Assembly (NCBI GenBank): GCA_045863855.1
Contig: BTVV01000023.1
Coordinates: 1 to 64,000 of the forward strand
From: Planctomycetota bacterium
GTDB taxonomy: Bacteria; Planctomycetota; SZUA-567; H5-PLA8
DNA: 64,000 nt
Reading direction: 5' to 3'
Below, piece by piece: positions 39,381-47,676 of the stretch. Every line of letters begins with the position of its first letter. Positions within the stretch are counted from its first letter, which is position 1. Made by a program: the position numbers and the translations under genes. A model generated the notes under the pieces. It made no database searches. It had not been told where the DNA came from and saw nothing but the letters and a program-made list of their open reading frames with translations.

Positions 39381-40061
39381 ATGAATAAATCAAACGCGAC
39401 CTCGTCGGAATCTCAGAGCACCCCGGTGCAAGGTTCCGCCGTATCGGCGGGCCCGCCGGTGGACCCGGAGGACGGCCCGCTGGTGGAGCGTGCTCTGGGC
39501 GGCGACGCGGAGGCGTTCGAGCGACTGTTCGTGAAGTATCGCCAGCGCGTGTACGCGGCGGCGTGGCGAGTGCTGCACGACGAAGAGGCGGCGCTGGACG
39601 TGGTTCAGGATGCGTTCGTGAAGGCGTACGAGCGCTTGGGGGATTTGCGCGGCGAGAGCAGGTTCTTCCCTTGGCTGCGGCGGATCGCGGTCAATTTGGC
39701 CATCGACCGCGTGCGGCACATCAAACGGGGGGTGGAAGTCGGGTTCGACGAAGCGCAGTTCGGGCGGGGCGAGGAAGCGGACGGCGACCGGTTGCCGGGC
39801 GATCCCGACGAACGAGCCCGCCGCGAGAGCCCTTTGCGCAAGGCGGAGTTGTCCGAGTTCGGCTCTAGCTTAGAACAGGCGCTGGGCAAGCTGACCGAGG
39901 CGCACCGGACGGTCTTCCTGCTGCATGCCGCCGAAGGGATGTCGTACCGCGAGATTGCCGATGCGATCGGGTGTAACATCGGAACCGTGATGTCGCGCCT
40001 GTTTTATGCGCGCAAGAAGTTGCAGGAACTGCTGGCTCCGCACCTGGAAGGCGAGAGCTAG
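39381..40061 (+). CDS. ECF RNA polymerase sigma factor
   Basis: GDAEAFERL, DVVQDAFVKA, WLRRIAVN and SYREIADAIGCNIGTVMSRLFYARKKL. Confidence 0.95.
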   Translation: MNKSNATSSESQSTPVQGSAVSAGPPVDPEDGPLVERALGGDAEAFERLFVKYRQRVYAAAWRVLHDEEAALDVVQDAFVKAYERLGDLRGESRFFPWLRRIAVNLAIDRVRHIKRGVEVGFDEAQFGRGEEADGDRLPGDPDERARRESPLRKAELSEFGSSLEQALGKLTEAHRTVFLLHAAEGMSYREIADAIGCNIGTVMSRLFYARKKLQELLAPHLEGES

Positions 40062-40154
40062 CTGCTAAAAGGACGGGCCGAACGGGCCCGGCGTGACGAA
40101 TAAGAAAGAGAGGCCTCTCTGCGGCGGGCGAGCCGCGCGGGAAGCGGGTGTAAA

Positions 40155-40967
40155 ATGGCCAACGAATCGCTGCTGGAAAAACTCTCCGCGTACGCGGACG
40201 GCGAGCTGGACGCCGCGGGGGTGGCTGAAGTCGAAGCCGCCCTGGCGCGCGATGCGGCTCTGGGCCGTACGCTCGCGCAGTTCAAGCGCCTCCAGGCCGA
40301 AGCCGCCCGCCTGCCCGTCCCGAGCCTCGACGAAGACACCGGCGCGACGCTTTGGGCGCTGGTCCAGGAACGCACCGTCGCTCAGTCGGCCCAGGCCGGA
40401 ACCCTCAGCCACGAAGCCTGGAAGAAGGTTTCCGGCCGGCTCCCGGAAGTACCCCAAGTCGACCCCGAACGCTGGGGCCGGGTGTGGGAGGGCATCAGCC
40501 GGCGCACGGTTGCTGCCGCCGCGGTGCACGAGACGGCCGTGCTGCACAAGCGCGACGAAGCCAGCGAACGGCACGAGCCGCTGATGGCCGATCTGACCCC
40601 CGGCGAGATGCCTGCCCTTCAGGACTTTCGTGCCATGCCGAAGGCGCCCCGTAAAGCGGTCTCGATCTGGCCGGCCGCGGCGTTCCTCGCGGCGGCGGCG
40701 CTGGTGATCGTGGCGGCGACGGCCGGTCTGGTCGGCCTGCCGCAGCATCCCGGTCCCTCCAGCACCCCGGATCCTCGCATCGTTCAAGGTTCGCCCCACG
40801 GCAAAGGCACCGGACCGATCCAAGTGGCTCACGTCGAATACGATCCGCTTCCCGAGGTGCTCGACAACCGCTACCTTATGGTGGTCAAGCATGTGCCGGG
40901 GCTGGAAGAGCCGGTGGTCTGTTTCTTCTTGCAAGAACCGGAAGGGCGCGTAGACCAGCGGAAGTAA
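40155..40967 (+). CDS. Putative transmembrane anti-sigma factor
   Basis: Follows the ECF gene; LSAYADGELD N-terminus and one TM helix (WPAAAFLAAAALVIVA). Confidence 0.75.
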   Translation: MANESLLEKLSAYADGELDAAGVAEVEAALARDAALGRTLAQFKRLQAEAARLPVPSLDEDTGATLWALVQERTVAQSAQAGTLSHEAWKKVSGRLPEVPQVDPERWGRVWEGISRRTVAAAAVHETAVLHKRDEASERHEPLMADLTPGEMPALQDFRAMPKAPRKAVSIWPAAAFLAAAALVIVAATAGLVGLPQHPGPSSTPDPRIVQGSPHGKGTGPIQVAHVEYDPLPEVLDNRYLMVVKHVPGLEEPVVCFFLQEPEGRVDQRK

Positions 40968-41033
40968 ACACGCACGTTTAACGGGCACCGGACGAGCCAG
41001 CAGCTCGGCGCCGGTCAAGCACGAGGCAGGCAT

Positions 41034-41498
41034 ATGAAGGCGTCACGAGCGTACCGGCTGGCTCCCCACCTTACGCTCACCCTGCTGCTCCTGGGTCTGC
41101 TTCACGCCCCCGCGCAGGCCGCGGAAAAGGTCACCATCAAAGTTACCGTCGCCCAAGCCTCGGGACCGAACGCCGAAAACCCCAAGGTCGATCCGCAGCT
41201 CGCGCCGTACAAGAAGGTCTTGAGCGCGCTGGGCGGCTTTGGCCAATTCTCGTTCGTGGGCCGGGACTCCAAGCAAGTGGGCGAAGGCGAGCAGGCCACG
41301 CTCAACGCCGGCGCGTACCAGTGCGAAGTGACCGTCGCCAAGATCGAGGACGGCGCCGCGTCGGTGAACTGGGTGCTGAAGAAGGGCGGCGAAGAAGTCG
41401 GCAAGGGCGGCTTTAAGCTCAAGGCCGGCAGCGTGGTGCCCCAACAGCTTGGCGACCCCAAAGCGCCGCTCATCCCGCTCTTCGAGCGCGGAAACTAA
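41034..41498 (+). CDS. Exported hypothetical protein
   Basis: Signal peptide ending AQA-A; 154 aa with GC3-biased codons. Confidence 0.7.
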   Translation: MKASRAYRLAPHLTLTLLLLGLLHAPAQAAEKVTIKVTVAQASGPNAENPKVDPQLAPYKKVLSALGGFGQFSFVGRDSKQVGEGEQATLNAGAYQCEVTVAKIEDGAASVNWVLKKGGEEVGKGGFKLKAGSVVPQQLGDPKAPLIPLFERGN

Positions 41499-41502
41499 AA
41501 GG

Positions 41503-41530
41503 CCAGTTTCCAGTTTCCAGTTTCCAGTTA
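41503..41530. repeat. Heptamer tandem repeat (ccagttt)x4
   Basis: ccagttt ccagttt ccagttt ccagtta, just after a stop codon. Confidence 0.85.
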
Positions 41531-41650
41531 AAGGCTAACCCGAATCGGGCGCGGCGATTGGCCATTCCAGCTTCTTCCTTATTTCGCTAAACTTAATCCC
41601 CTGCTTGAGTCGATATGCGTTCGGCATCGGGCGATCGGGAGGAGTACGTC

Positions 41651-42469
41651 ATGCGCGTGCTGCTGGGAATGCTGCTGGGTGCGGGGTTGTTGCTGAGTTC
41701 GAGCGGTTGCCGGAAGGTCGAAGGCACCGATCGGCGGCAACTGGTGCTGACCACCGAAGGCTACGAGAACAAGCTGGGCGCGCAGAGCTACCAGGAAGTG
41801 CTGGGCACGGAAAAGCGTTCGACGGACCCGGCGCTGATCGCGCTGGTGGAGCGCGTGGGCAAGCGGATCGCGGCGGCGGCGCCCGACCAGGGGTTCAAGT
41901 ACGAGTTCACGGTGCTGGAGTCGCCGACGGCCAACGCCTTCTGCCTGCCCGGCGGGAAGGTGGCGGTCTACACGGGCATCCTGAAGTACATGGAGAACGA
42001 GGCGCAGCTTGCCGCGGTGGTGGGCCACGAAGTGGCTCACGCGATCGCGCGGCACGGCGGCGAACGGATGAGCCAGGGGATTCTGGTGCAGGGCGCGGCG
42101 GTGGGGCTCTCGGCGTACCTGAAGTCCAAGGGGGTCGAACCGACGACGCAAAACATCGCCATGGCCGCCTTCGGCGCCGGCGCGCAGGTGGGCATCCTGC
42201 TTCCCTACAGCCGCACGCACGAAACGGAGGCCGACGAGCTGGGGCTGTACTACATGGCCAAGGCCGGCTACCACCCGGCGGAAGCGGTCAAGTTCTGGCA
42301 GAGTTTCGGGTCGTCGGGCGGGCAGCCCGAGTTTATCAGCACGCATCCCAGCGGCGATACGCGCGTCAGCCAGCTTCAACAGCTTCAGGGCAAGGCGCTG
42401 ATGTTGTACGAAAACTCGAAAACCAAAGTGGGCGCCGGCGAGGCGATTCCCGCGCGCTACCGCAAGTGA
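41651..42469 (+). CDS. M48 family zinc metallopeptidase (lipoprotein)
   Basis: Lipobox-like LSSSGC; NAFCLPGG, HEVAH, ETEADELG and STHPS. Confidence 0.92.
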   Translation: MRVLLGMLLGAGLLLSSSGCRKVEGTDRRQLVLTTEGYENKLGAQSYQEVLGTEKRSTDPALIALVERVGKRIAAAAPDQGFKYEFTVLESPTANAFCLPGGKVAVYTGILKYMENEAQLAAVVGHEVAHAIARHGGERMSQGILVQGAAVGLSAYLKSKGVEPTTQNIAMAAFGAGAQVGILLPYSRTHETEADELGLYYMAKAGYHPAEAVKFWQSFGSSGGQPEFISTHPSGDTRVSQLQQLQGKALMLYENSKTKVGAGEAIPARYRK

Positions 42470-42596
42470 CCTCCATCCATACGCTTTCGGTTAGCTTGCG
42501 GCGTGTTGCAGGCACGCCGGAGGCCTCCTACACTGTGCGGCATTCGTCGATACCGTGAAGGTCTCGCCATGCCGGTGCGGAGCTTGCGTTTTCGCC

Positions 42597-42872
42597 ATGT
42601 CCGACAGCTCCTGCCATCGCGCCGAAGTCCTGATCAACCACTACCTCGATGACGAGTTGACCGCGGAGGAGGCGAAGGAGCTTTCCGCGCATCTCAAAGC
42701 CTGCGCGGCCTGCCGCAAGGAATTCGCCGAAGCGCGCGCCGTCGAACTGCTGCTGGGCGGCGTGGTTTCCGAAGAGCCCCAGCCCGGCACATCCGTTTCG
42801 GAAGCGCCGCCGGAAGACGAATCGGACGGCCAGCCCAACAAAGACACGCCGCAATCCATGCAGGCAGTCTGA
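42597..42872 (+). CDS. Small zf-HC2 (ZAS) domain protein
   Basis: C...YLDDEL...HLKACAAC (HxxxCxxC) with an acidic tail and no TM. Confidence 0.7.
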   Translation: MSDSSCHRAEVLINHYLDDELTAEEAKELSAHLKACAACRKEFAEARAVELLLGGVVSEEPQPGTSVSEAPPEDESDGQPNKDTPQSMQAV

Positions 42873-42927
42873 GCGGCCGGAATCGGTCGGCCAGCGTCCC
42901 GCAAGACTCAAACCTAAGCGAAATCGA

Positions 42928-43869
42928 TCAGTGCGCGCCGCGGCCGGAGTCGGCGAGGACCTGCTCGGCCTGGTAGCTGCTGCGCACGAACGGCCCGCAC
43001 GCGGCGGACTTGAAGCCGATCGAGCGGGCGTAGGTTTCGTAGCGCTTGAAGGTATCGGGATGGACGAACTCGGCCACGGGGAGGTGTTCGGGGCTGGGCC
43101 GCAGGTACTGGCCGACGGTCAGGATGTCGACCTCGGCGGCGCGCAAGTCGTCGAGCACGCGCAGGACTTCGTCGGGCGTCTCGCCGAGGCCGACCATCAG
43201 GCCGCTCTTGGTGGTCATGCCCGGATCGAGGCGTTTGACGGTGCGCAGCACGTCGAGCGTGCGGCGGTAGTTGCCTTGCGGCCGGACCGGCGGATGCAGC
43301 CGCTCGATGGTCTCGGTGTTGTGGTTGAAGACATCGGGCCGGGCTTCGACGACCGCGCGCAGGCAGTCCTCACGCGCGTGGAAGTCCGGCGTGAGCACCT
43401 CGACGACCAGCTCGGGTCCGCAGTAGCGCTTCAAGGCCGTGATCGTGCGGGCGAAGTGGCCGGCGCCCTCGTCGGGCAGGTCGTCGCGCGCGACGCTGGT
43501 GACGACCACGTGCCGCAAGCCCAGTTGCTTGGTGGCCTGCGCGACGCGCGCGGGCTCGTCAGCAAGGCTCTCGAGCGATTCGCCGCGCCCGGTCTTGACC
43601 GCGCAGAAGTGGCAGGCTCGCGTGCAGTGTTCGCCCAGGATCATGAACGTCGCCGCGCCGCGGTTCCAGCATTCGCCCAGGTTGGGGCATTCGGCGGACT
43701 GGCAGACGGTGTTGAGCTTGAGGCCTTCGAGGATGTCCTTGGTGCGCGTATCGTACTGCGCGGGCCAGGGTTTCTTGAGCCACTCGGGAAACTCGCGCGC
43801 GCGGCGTCGTTCGGGCTTCGGGTAGAAGCTCCCGTCGCGTCCGGCGTTCGGTTCGTTCGGCGTCTCCAT
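42928..43869 (-). CDS. lipA: Lipoyl synthase
   Basis: TVCQSAECPNLGECW, CTRACHFC, TKSGLMVGLGE, GQYLRPS and PFVRSSY. Confidence 0.97.
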   Translation of the reverse strand: METPNEPNAGRDGSFYPKPERRRAREFPEWLKKPWPAQYDTRTKDILEGLKLNTVCQSAECPNLGECWNRGAATFMILGEHCTRACHFCAVKTGRGESLESLADEPARVAQATKQLGLRHVVVTSVARDDLPDEGAGHFARTITALKRYCGPELVVEVLTPDFHAREDCLRAVVEARPDVFNHNTETIERLHPPVRPQGNYRRTLDVLRTVKRLDPGMTTKSGLMVGLGETPDEVLRVLDDLRAAEVDILTVGQYLRPSPEHLPVAEFVHPDTFKRYETYARSIGFKSAACGPFVRSSYQAEQVLADSGRGAH

Positions 43870-44115
43870 GCCGATCTTCTATCATGCGCCGCGGCGGGAC
43901 GAAAGCGCGTCGGAGGCGTTGAATCAGGCCAGTCGCCCCTGGGCAATGTGCGGACGCCGCCATTCCCGGCGAGGCATGGTCTTGCCTTTTGCATCTTGGT
44001 TGACCTGAAGACGTGAGCAATTAGCTTGCTGGAACAGACAGAAATGGGCTCTGGCTAAGCACTCCGAGCGTCATGAAACAGAGATGTCTTGCTTGCGGTG
44101 TTGAGGAGGTCCGTC

Positions 44116-44601
44116 ATGCCGAAGATCGCAAAGAACACGATTTGCCTTTGGTACGAACGCGATGCCGAGAAGGCGGCGCATTTCTACGCCAAGACCTTTC
44201 CCGATTCGTCCGTCGGCGCGGTGCATCGCGCACCCGGCGACTTTCCGTCGGGTAAGCAAGGGGACGTATTGACCGTCGAGTTCACGGTGCTGGGGATTCC
44301 CTGCCTGGGGCTCAACGGCGGGCCCGCGTTCAAGCACAATGAAGCGTTCTCGTTCCAGGTTGCCACGGAAGACCAGGCCGAGACCGATCGGTACTGGAAT
44401 GCGATCGTCGGCAACGGCGGCCAAGAGAGCGAGTGCGGTTGGTGCAAAGACCAATGGGGTATCTCCTGGCAAATCACGCCCATCGCGTTGATCAAGGCGT
44501 ATACCGGCTCCGATCCCTCCGCCGCCAAGCGGGCGTTCGATGCCATGATGACGATGAAGAAAATAGACGTCGCCGTGATTGAGGCGGCGGTTCGTGGCTA
44601 G
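44116..44601 (+). CDS. VOC family protein (PhnB / 3-demethylubiquinone-9 3-methyltransferase-like)
   Basis: ICLWY..DAEKAA.FY, LNGGPAFKHNEAFSF and CGWCKDQWGISWQI; RBS gaggagg. Confidence 0.92.
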   Translation: MPKIAKNTICLWYERDAEKAAHFYAKTFPDSSVGAVHRAPGDFPSGKQGDVLTVEFTVLGIPCLGLNGGPAFKHNEAFSFQVATEDQAETDRYWNAIVGNGGQESECGWCKDQWGISWQITPIALIKAYTGSDPSAAKRAFDAMMTMKKIDVAVIEAAVRG

Positions 44602-44610
44602 CACCCGTCG

Positions 44611-44670
44611 ATTGAACAACAGTATTCAGCGGTTGGCGCTACGCACCGCCGCTGATGCTGAACGTTAGGC
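44611..44670 (+). mobile_element. Integron attC-like recombination site (59-base element), solitary
   Basis: ATTGAAC-AACAG-TATTCAGC-(20 nt)-GCTGATG-CTGAAC-GTTAGGC: 7/5/8/20/7/6/7 layout, extra base in L'', canonical GTTRRRY, 9 nt after a stop codon. Confidence 0.75.
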
Positions 44671-44864
44671 GGCCTTCGAGCTTCGAGTATTCACACTCGC
44701 CGCATTCGGCTCGTTCGACTTACTCTTCGCATTCCCTGTAGTTCGGCCCTGCACCTTGTCCTCCGCACAATTCCGGCAGCAGCGGCGGGCTCCAAGGCTC
44801 CCCTTAGATATCTGCGGTTACAATCGCACGCCCGGCTGCGTCTATAAGAAGCGGACCCAGGAGC

Positions 44865-45986
44865 ATGACTATGAGACTGCGCAACGCGCTTCAGGTACTG
44901 GTCCTGTTCCTGGCGGCCGGCGGTTTGGGCGCTCAGGAGCCCCAGCGCCAGCAGGTCATGCGCATAAGCCGCGAGCTGCACCAGGCGTTTGCGCAGAAGG
45001 ATTACGCGACCGCCGAAGCCAAGTGCCGCGAGTTGCTGGCGCTGGCGCCGGACGAACCGAACGGGCATTACAACCTCGCATGCGCGCTGGCGCGGCAGGC
45101 CAAGCCCGACGCGGCGCTGGCCGCGCTGGGGGCGGCCGTCGAGAAGGGCTACAACGATCCGGCGCATCTGAAAGCCGACGAGGACCTGGCGTCGCTGCGC
45201 GAGTTGCAGGGCTTCAAGGATCTGGCGGCAAAGGCGCGCGAGAACGAACAGAAAGGCAACTACGAAAAAGGCCCTGAAATTCCTGGCCTCAAATCGATCG
45301 AGGACTTTCCCGAAGGCGGGCTGCGCTACCGGTTGCGGCTGAGCGCGGAGGCGACGAAAGAGAAGCCGCAGCGCCTGATGCTGTGGCTGCATCCCAGCGG
45401 CGGCTCGATGAACCAGGTCGCCGAGAACATGGCGCCGCTGCTGGCGAAGCACGGCTGCGCGCTGGCGGTCTTCACGCAAAAAGCCTGGGCGGGCTGGAGC
45501 AGCGAGGACGCGGCGAAGCTGGCCCCGACGCTGGAAGCGCTGGGCAAGGTCGAAGGCCTGGACGCCGCGAAGCCGATCCTGTTCGGGTACTCGGCCGGCG
45601 GGCAGATGGCGCTGACCTTGTGGGCGGAAAGCCCCGGTCGCTACGGCGGACTGGTGATCGACGCGGCCTACCCGCTCGACACGAACGCCTACGCACGAGG
45701 GCAAGTGCAGGCCATGGATCTGCCCAAGGACGAAGCCATTAAAACCGTACCGATCTTTTCGCTGGTCGGCGAAGCTGACGGCGGGCACCAACTCTGGACC
45801 CAAATCAAACCTAAATGGCTGGAAGCGGGCATCCCGCTCGTATACCGCACCGTACCTGGCAAAGGGCACGCGTGGCTCTTTGGCGTCGAACAACGCGCCG
45901 AACTGGCGGCGTGGCTGGATGCGGTAACTAACGGCAAACGCCCCAGCGATCAGCCGATTGCGCCCGAGCCGCAGGCTGCGAAATAA
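44865..45986 (+). CDS. Exported TPR + alpha/beta-hydrolase (esterase-like) protein
   Basis: Signal peptide; YNLACALAR...KGY....LKADEDLASLR TPR cap; GYSAGG nucleophile, GEAD and GKGH. Confidence 0.8.
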   Translation: MTMRLRNALQVLVLFLAAGGLGAQEPQRQQVMRISRELHQAFAQKDYATAEAKCRELLALAPDEPNGHYNLACALARQAKPDAALAALGAAVEKGYNDPAHLKADEDLASLRELQGFKDLAAKARENEQKGNYEKGPEIPGLKSIEDFPEGGLRYRLRLSAEATKEKPQRLMLWLHPSGGSMNQVAENMAPLLAKHGCALAVFTQKAWAGWSSEDAAKLAPTLEALGKVEGLDAAKPILFGYSAGGQMALTLWAESPGRYGGLVIDAAYPLDTNAYARGQVQAMDLPKDEAIKTVPIFSLVGEADGGHQLWTQIKPKWLEAGIPLVYRTVPGKGHAWLFGVEQRAELAAWLDAVTNGKRPSDQPIAPEPQAAK

Positions 45987-46217
45987 ACCCCAAGCCTATT
46001 TAACTTCTTATAGTGCCTGAATTAGCGTTATTGCACCCGCTTCCGGCCACCTTTCGGCCTAAGCGCCTTAAACGCACAGAAGCCTGCGGGGTAAGTCGGG
46101 TTGGACAATCGGGCCGAATTTACGACGCAAGCCATCGAGAATTAACATCGTACCGGTAGCAAAAGGGTAGACCGGCTCAGGGCGAGCGGGCTTGCCTTTT
46201 GCGTTCGCGGAACTTCC

Positions 46218-47417
46218 ATGCACTCCTTGAAGAGCGGTTGCGCGGTCCTGGCGGCGGCGTGCTGCATCGCGTGCGCGGGCGCAGAGCCTGTGCCGGGGTT
46301 CGATCCCGAGCGCGTGCGGAACGCGCAGCAGGAGATCGCGCGGCGGTTCCAGGCCGCGTTCGAATCGGGCGATTTCCGCGCCGCCGAATCGTACGCGCGG
46401 CAGGCCATCGCCTTGCAGCCGGATCTGGCGGTGCCGTATTGCGCGCTGGCTCGAGCGCGGGCGCGCATGGGCCAGCCCGCGGCGGCGCTGGAAGCGCTGG
46501 CGCAAGCCGCCGCGCGCGGCTTCGACGATCCATACGCCTTGCGTCATGACCCTCATTTCGCCGCGCTGCGCGAGGACGCCCGTTTCGCCGAGGTGCTGAA
46601 GACCGTCCGCGCGTCCGAAGAACGGCGCGGCGAACCCGCGCCGGCGGCGGTGCGCATCGATGGCGTGCGGACGCAGGAACACTTTCCCGAAGGCGGCCTG
46701 CGCGTGCGGCTGCATCTGCATCCGGATGCCGCGCCGGGCAAACCGCAGCGGCTGGTGATCTGGCTGCATCCCACGGGCGAGTCGATGGTCGAACGCATCG
46801 AGGCCTTCGCGCCGATGCTGGCCAAGTATAACCTCGCGCTGCTGGTCCCGGTGCAGCTCGACTGGACGCAGGGCTGGAACGGCGAAGACCTGGCGCGCCT
46901 GTTCGAGCGCACGCTCCCGGCTTTGGCCGAAGTGCGCGGGGTGGACATCACGCGCCCCATCTTGTGGGGCCATAGCGCGGGCGGGCAAGCGGCCTTGGCG
47001 CTATGGAGCGACGCGGCGGGACCGTACGGAGCGCTGATCGTGAGCGCCGCGCGCCCCGCCGACATGCGCATCTGGCACGCGAAAGGCGAGATCGCTCCGT
47101 TGGCGCCGCCGGCCGAACCGCACCGCGGGACGCCGATCTACGTGCTGGTGGGCGAAACCGACGATTGCGCGCCGCTGTGGGCCGACGTGCTGCCCGCCTG
47201 GAAGCGCGCGTACGTGCCGGTGGAGTTCACGCAAGTCTCTGGGCGCGGGCACGAGTGGCTCTTCGATGGCGCGCGGCTGGAGGCCTTCGAGCGCTGGCTG
47301 GGCGCGGCGGCGAAGCGTATCCGCATGCCCACCGCCGCCGATGCACCGCTGCCGGAAGGCGAAGAGCCGAAGTTGATGCCCTCCCCCGGCCTGCCGTCGC
47401 CCGAACGACCCTATTGA
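46218..47417 (+). CDS. Exported TPR + alpha/beta-hydrolase protein (tandem paralog)
   Basis: Signal peptide; TPR region; shared FPEGGLR.RL and KPQRL..WLHP motifs; GHSAGG, GETD and GRGH. Confidence 0.8.
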   Translation: MHSLKSGCAVLAAACCIACAGAEPVPGFDPERVRNAQQEIARRFQAAFESGDFRAAESYARQAIALQPDLAVPYCALARARARMGQPAAALEALAQAAARGFDDPYALRHDPHFAALREDARFAEVLKTVRASEERRGEPAPAAVRIDGVRTQEHFPEGGLRVRLHLHPDAAPGKPQRLVIWLHPTGESMVERIEAFAPMLAKYNLALLVPVQLDWTQGWNGEDLARLFERTLPALAEVRGVDITRPILWGHSAGGQAALALWSDAAGPYGALIVSAARPADMRIWHAKGEIAPLAPPAEPHRGTPIYVLVGETDDCAPLWADVLPAWKRAYVPVEFTQVSGRGHEWLFDGARLEAFERWLGAAAKRIRMPTAADAPLPEGEEPKLMPSPGLPSPERPY

Positions 47418-47469
47418 TTCGCTTGCTTTGAGCTTTTCGGCCTCCCGCATCGCGCTACAGTACCTGCTC

Positions 47470-47646
47470 GGCGTCCGGCGCCGGGGACAGGTCAAGCGAA
47501 CGAGCGCAAGCTCGGGCCGCGGGGTTACCCCGCGGGCGAAGACACGGCTTGGATCCGTCGTATGAGCTAGACGCGCGATGGGCGCGGACGCGCCATCGCG
47601 CGCTAGCTCCACACAGGTGCTGTTGATTTCCCCCGGCGCCGGCGCC
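47470..47646 (+). ncRNA. Putative retron msr-msd non-coding RNA
   Basis: Terminal inverted repeats ggcg-t-ccggcgccgggg (47470-47486) / ccccggcgccgg-cgcc (47631-47646). Hairpins cgagc-GCAA-gctcg (47501-47514) and ccgcgggg-tta-ccccgcgg (47517-47535), and a ~20-bp hairpin at 47564-47609. Lies 30 nt upstream of a retron-type RT. Confidence 0.8.
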
Positions 47647-47676
47647 CTGTTTTCGACCGCTCAGGGGTAAATCGGG

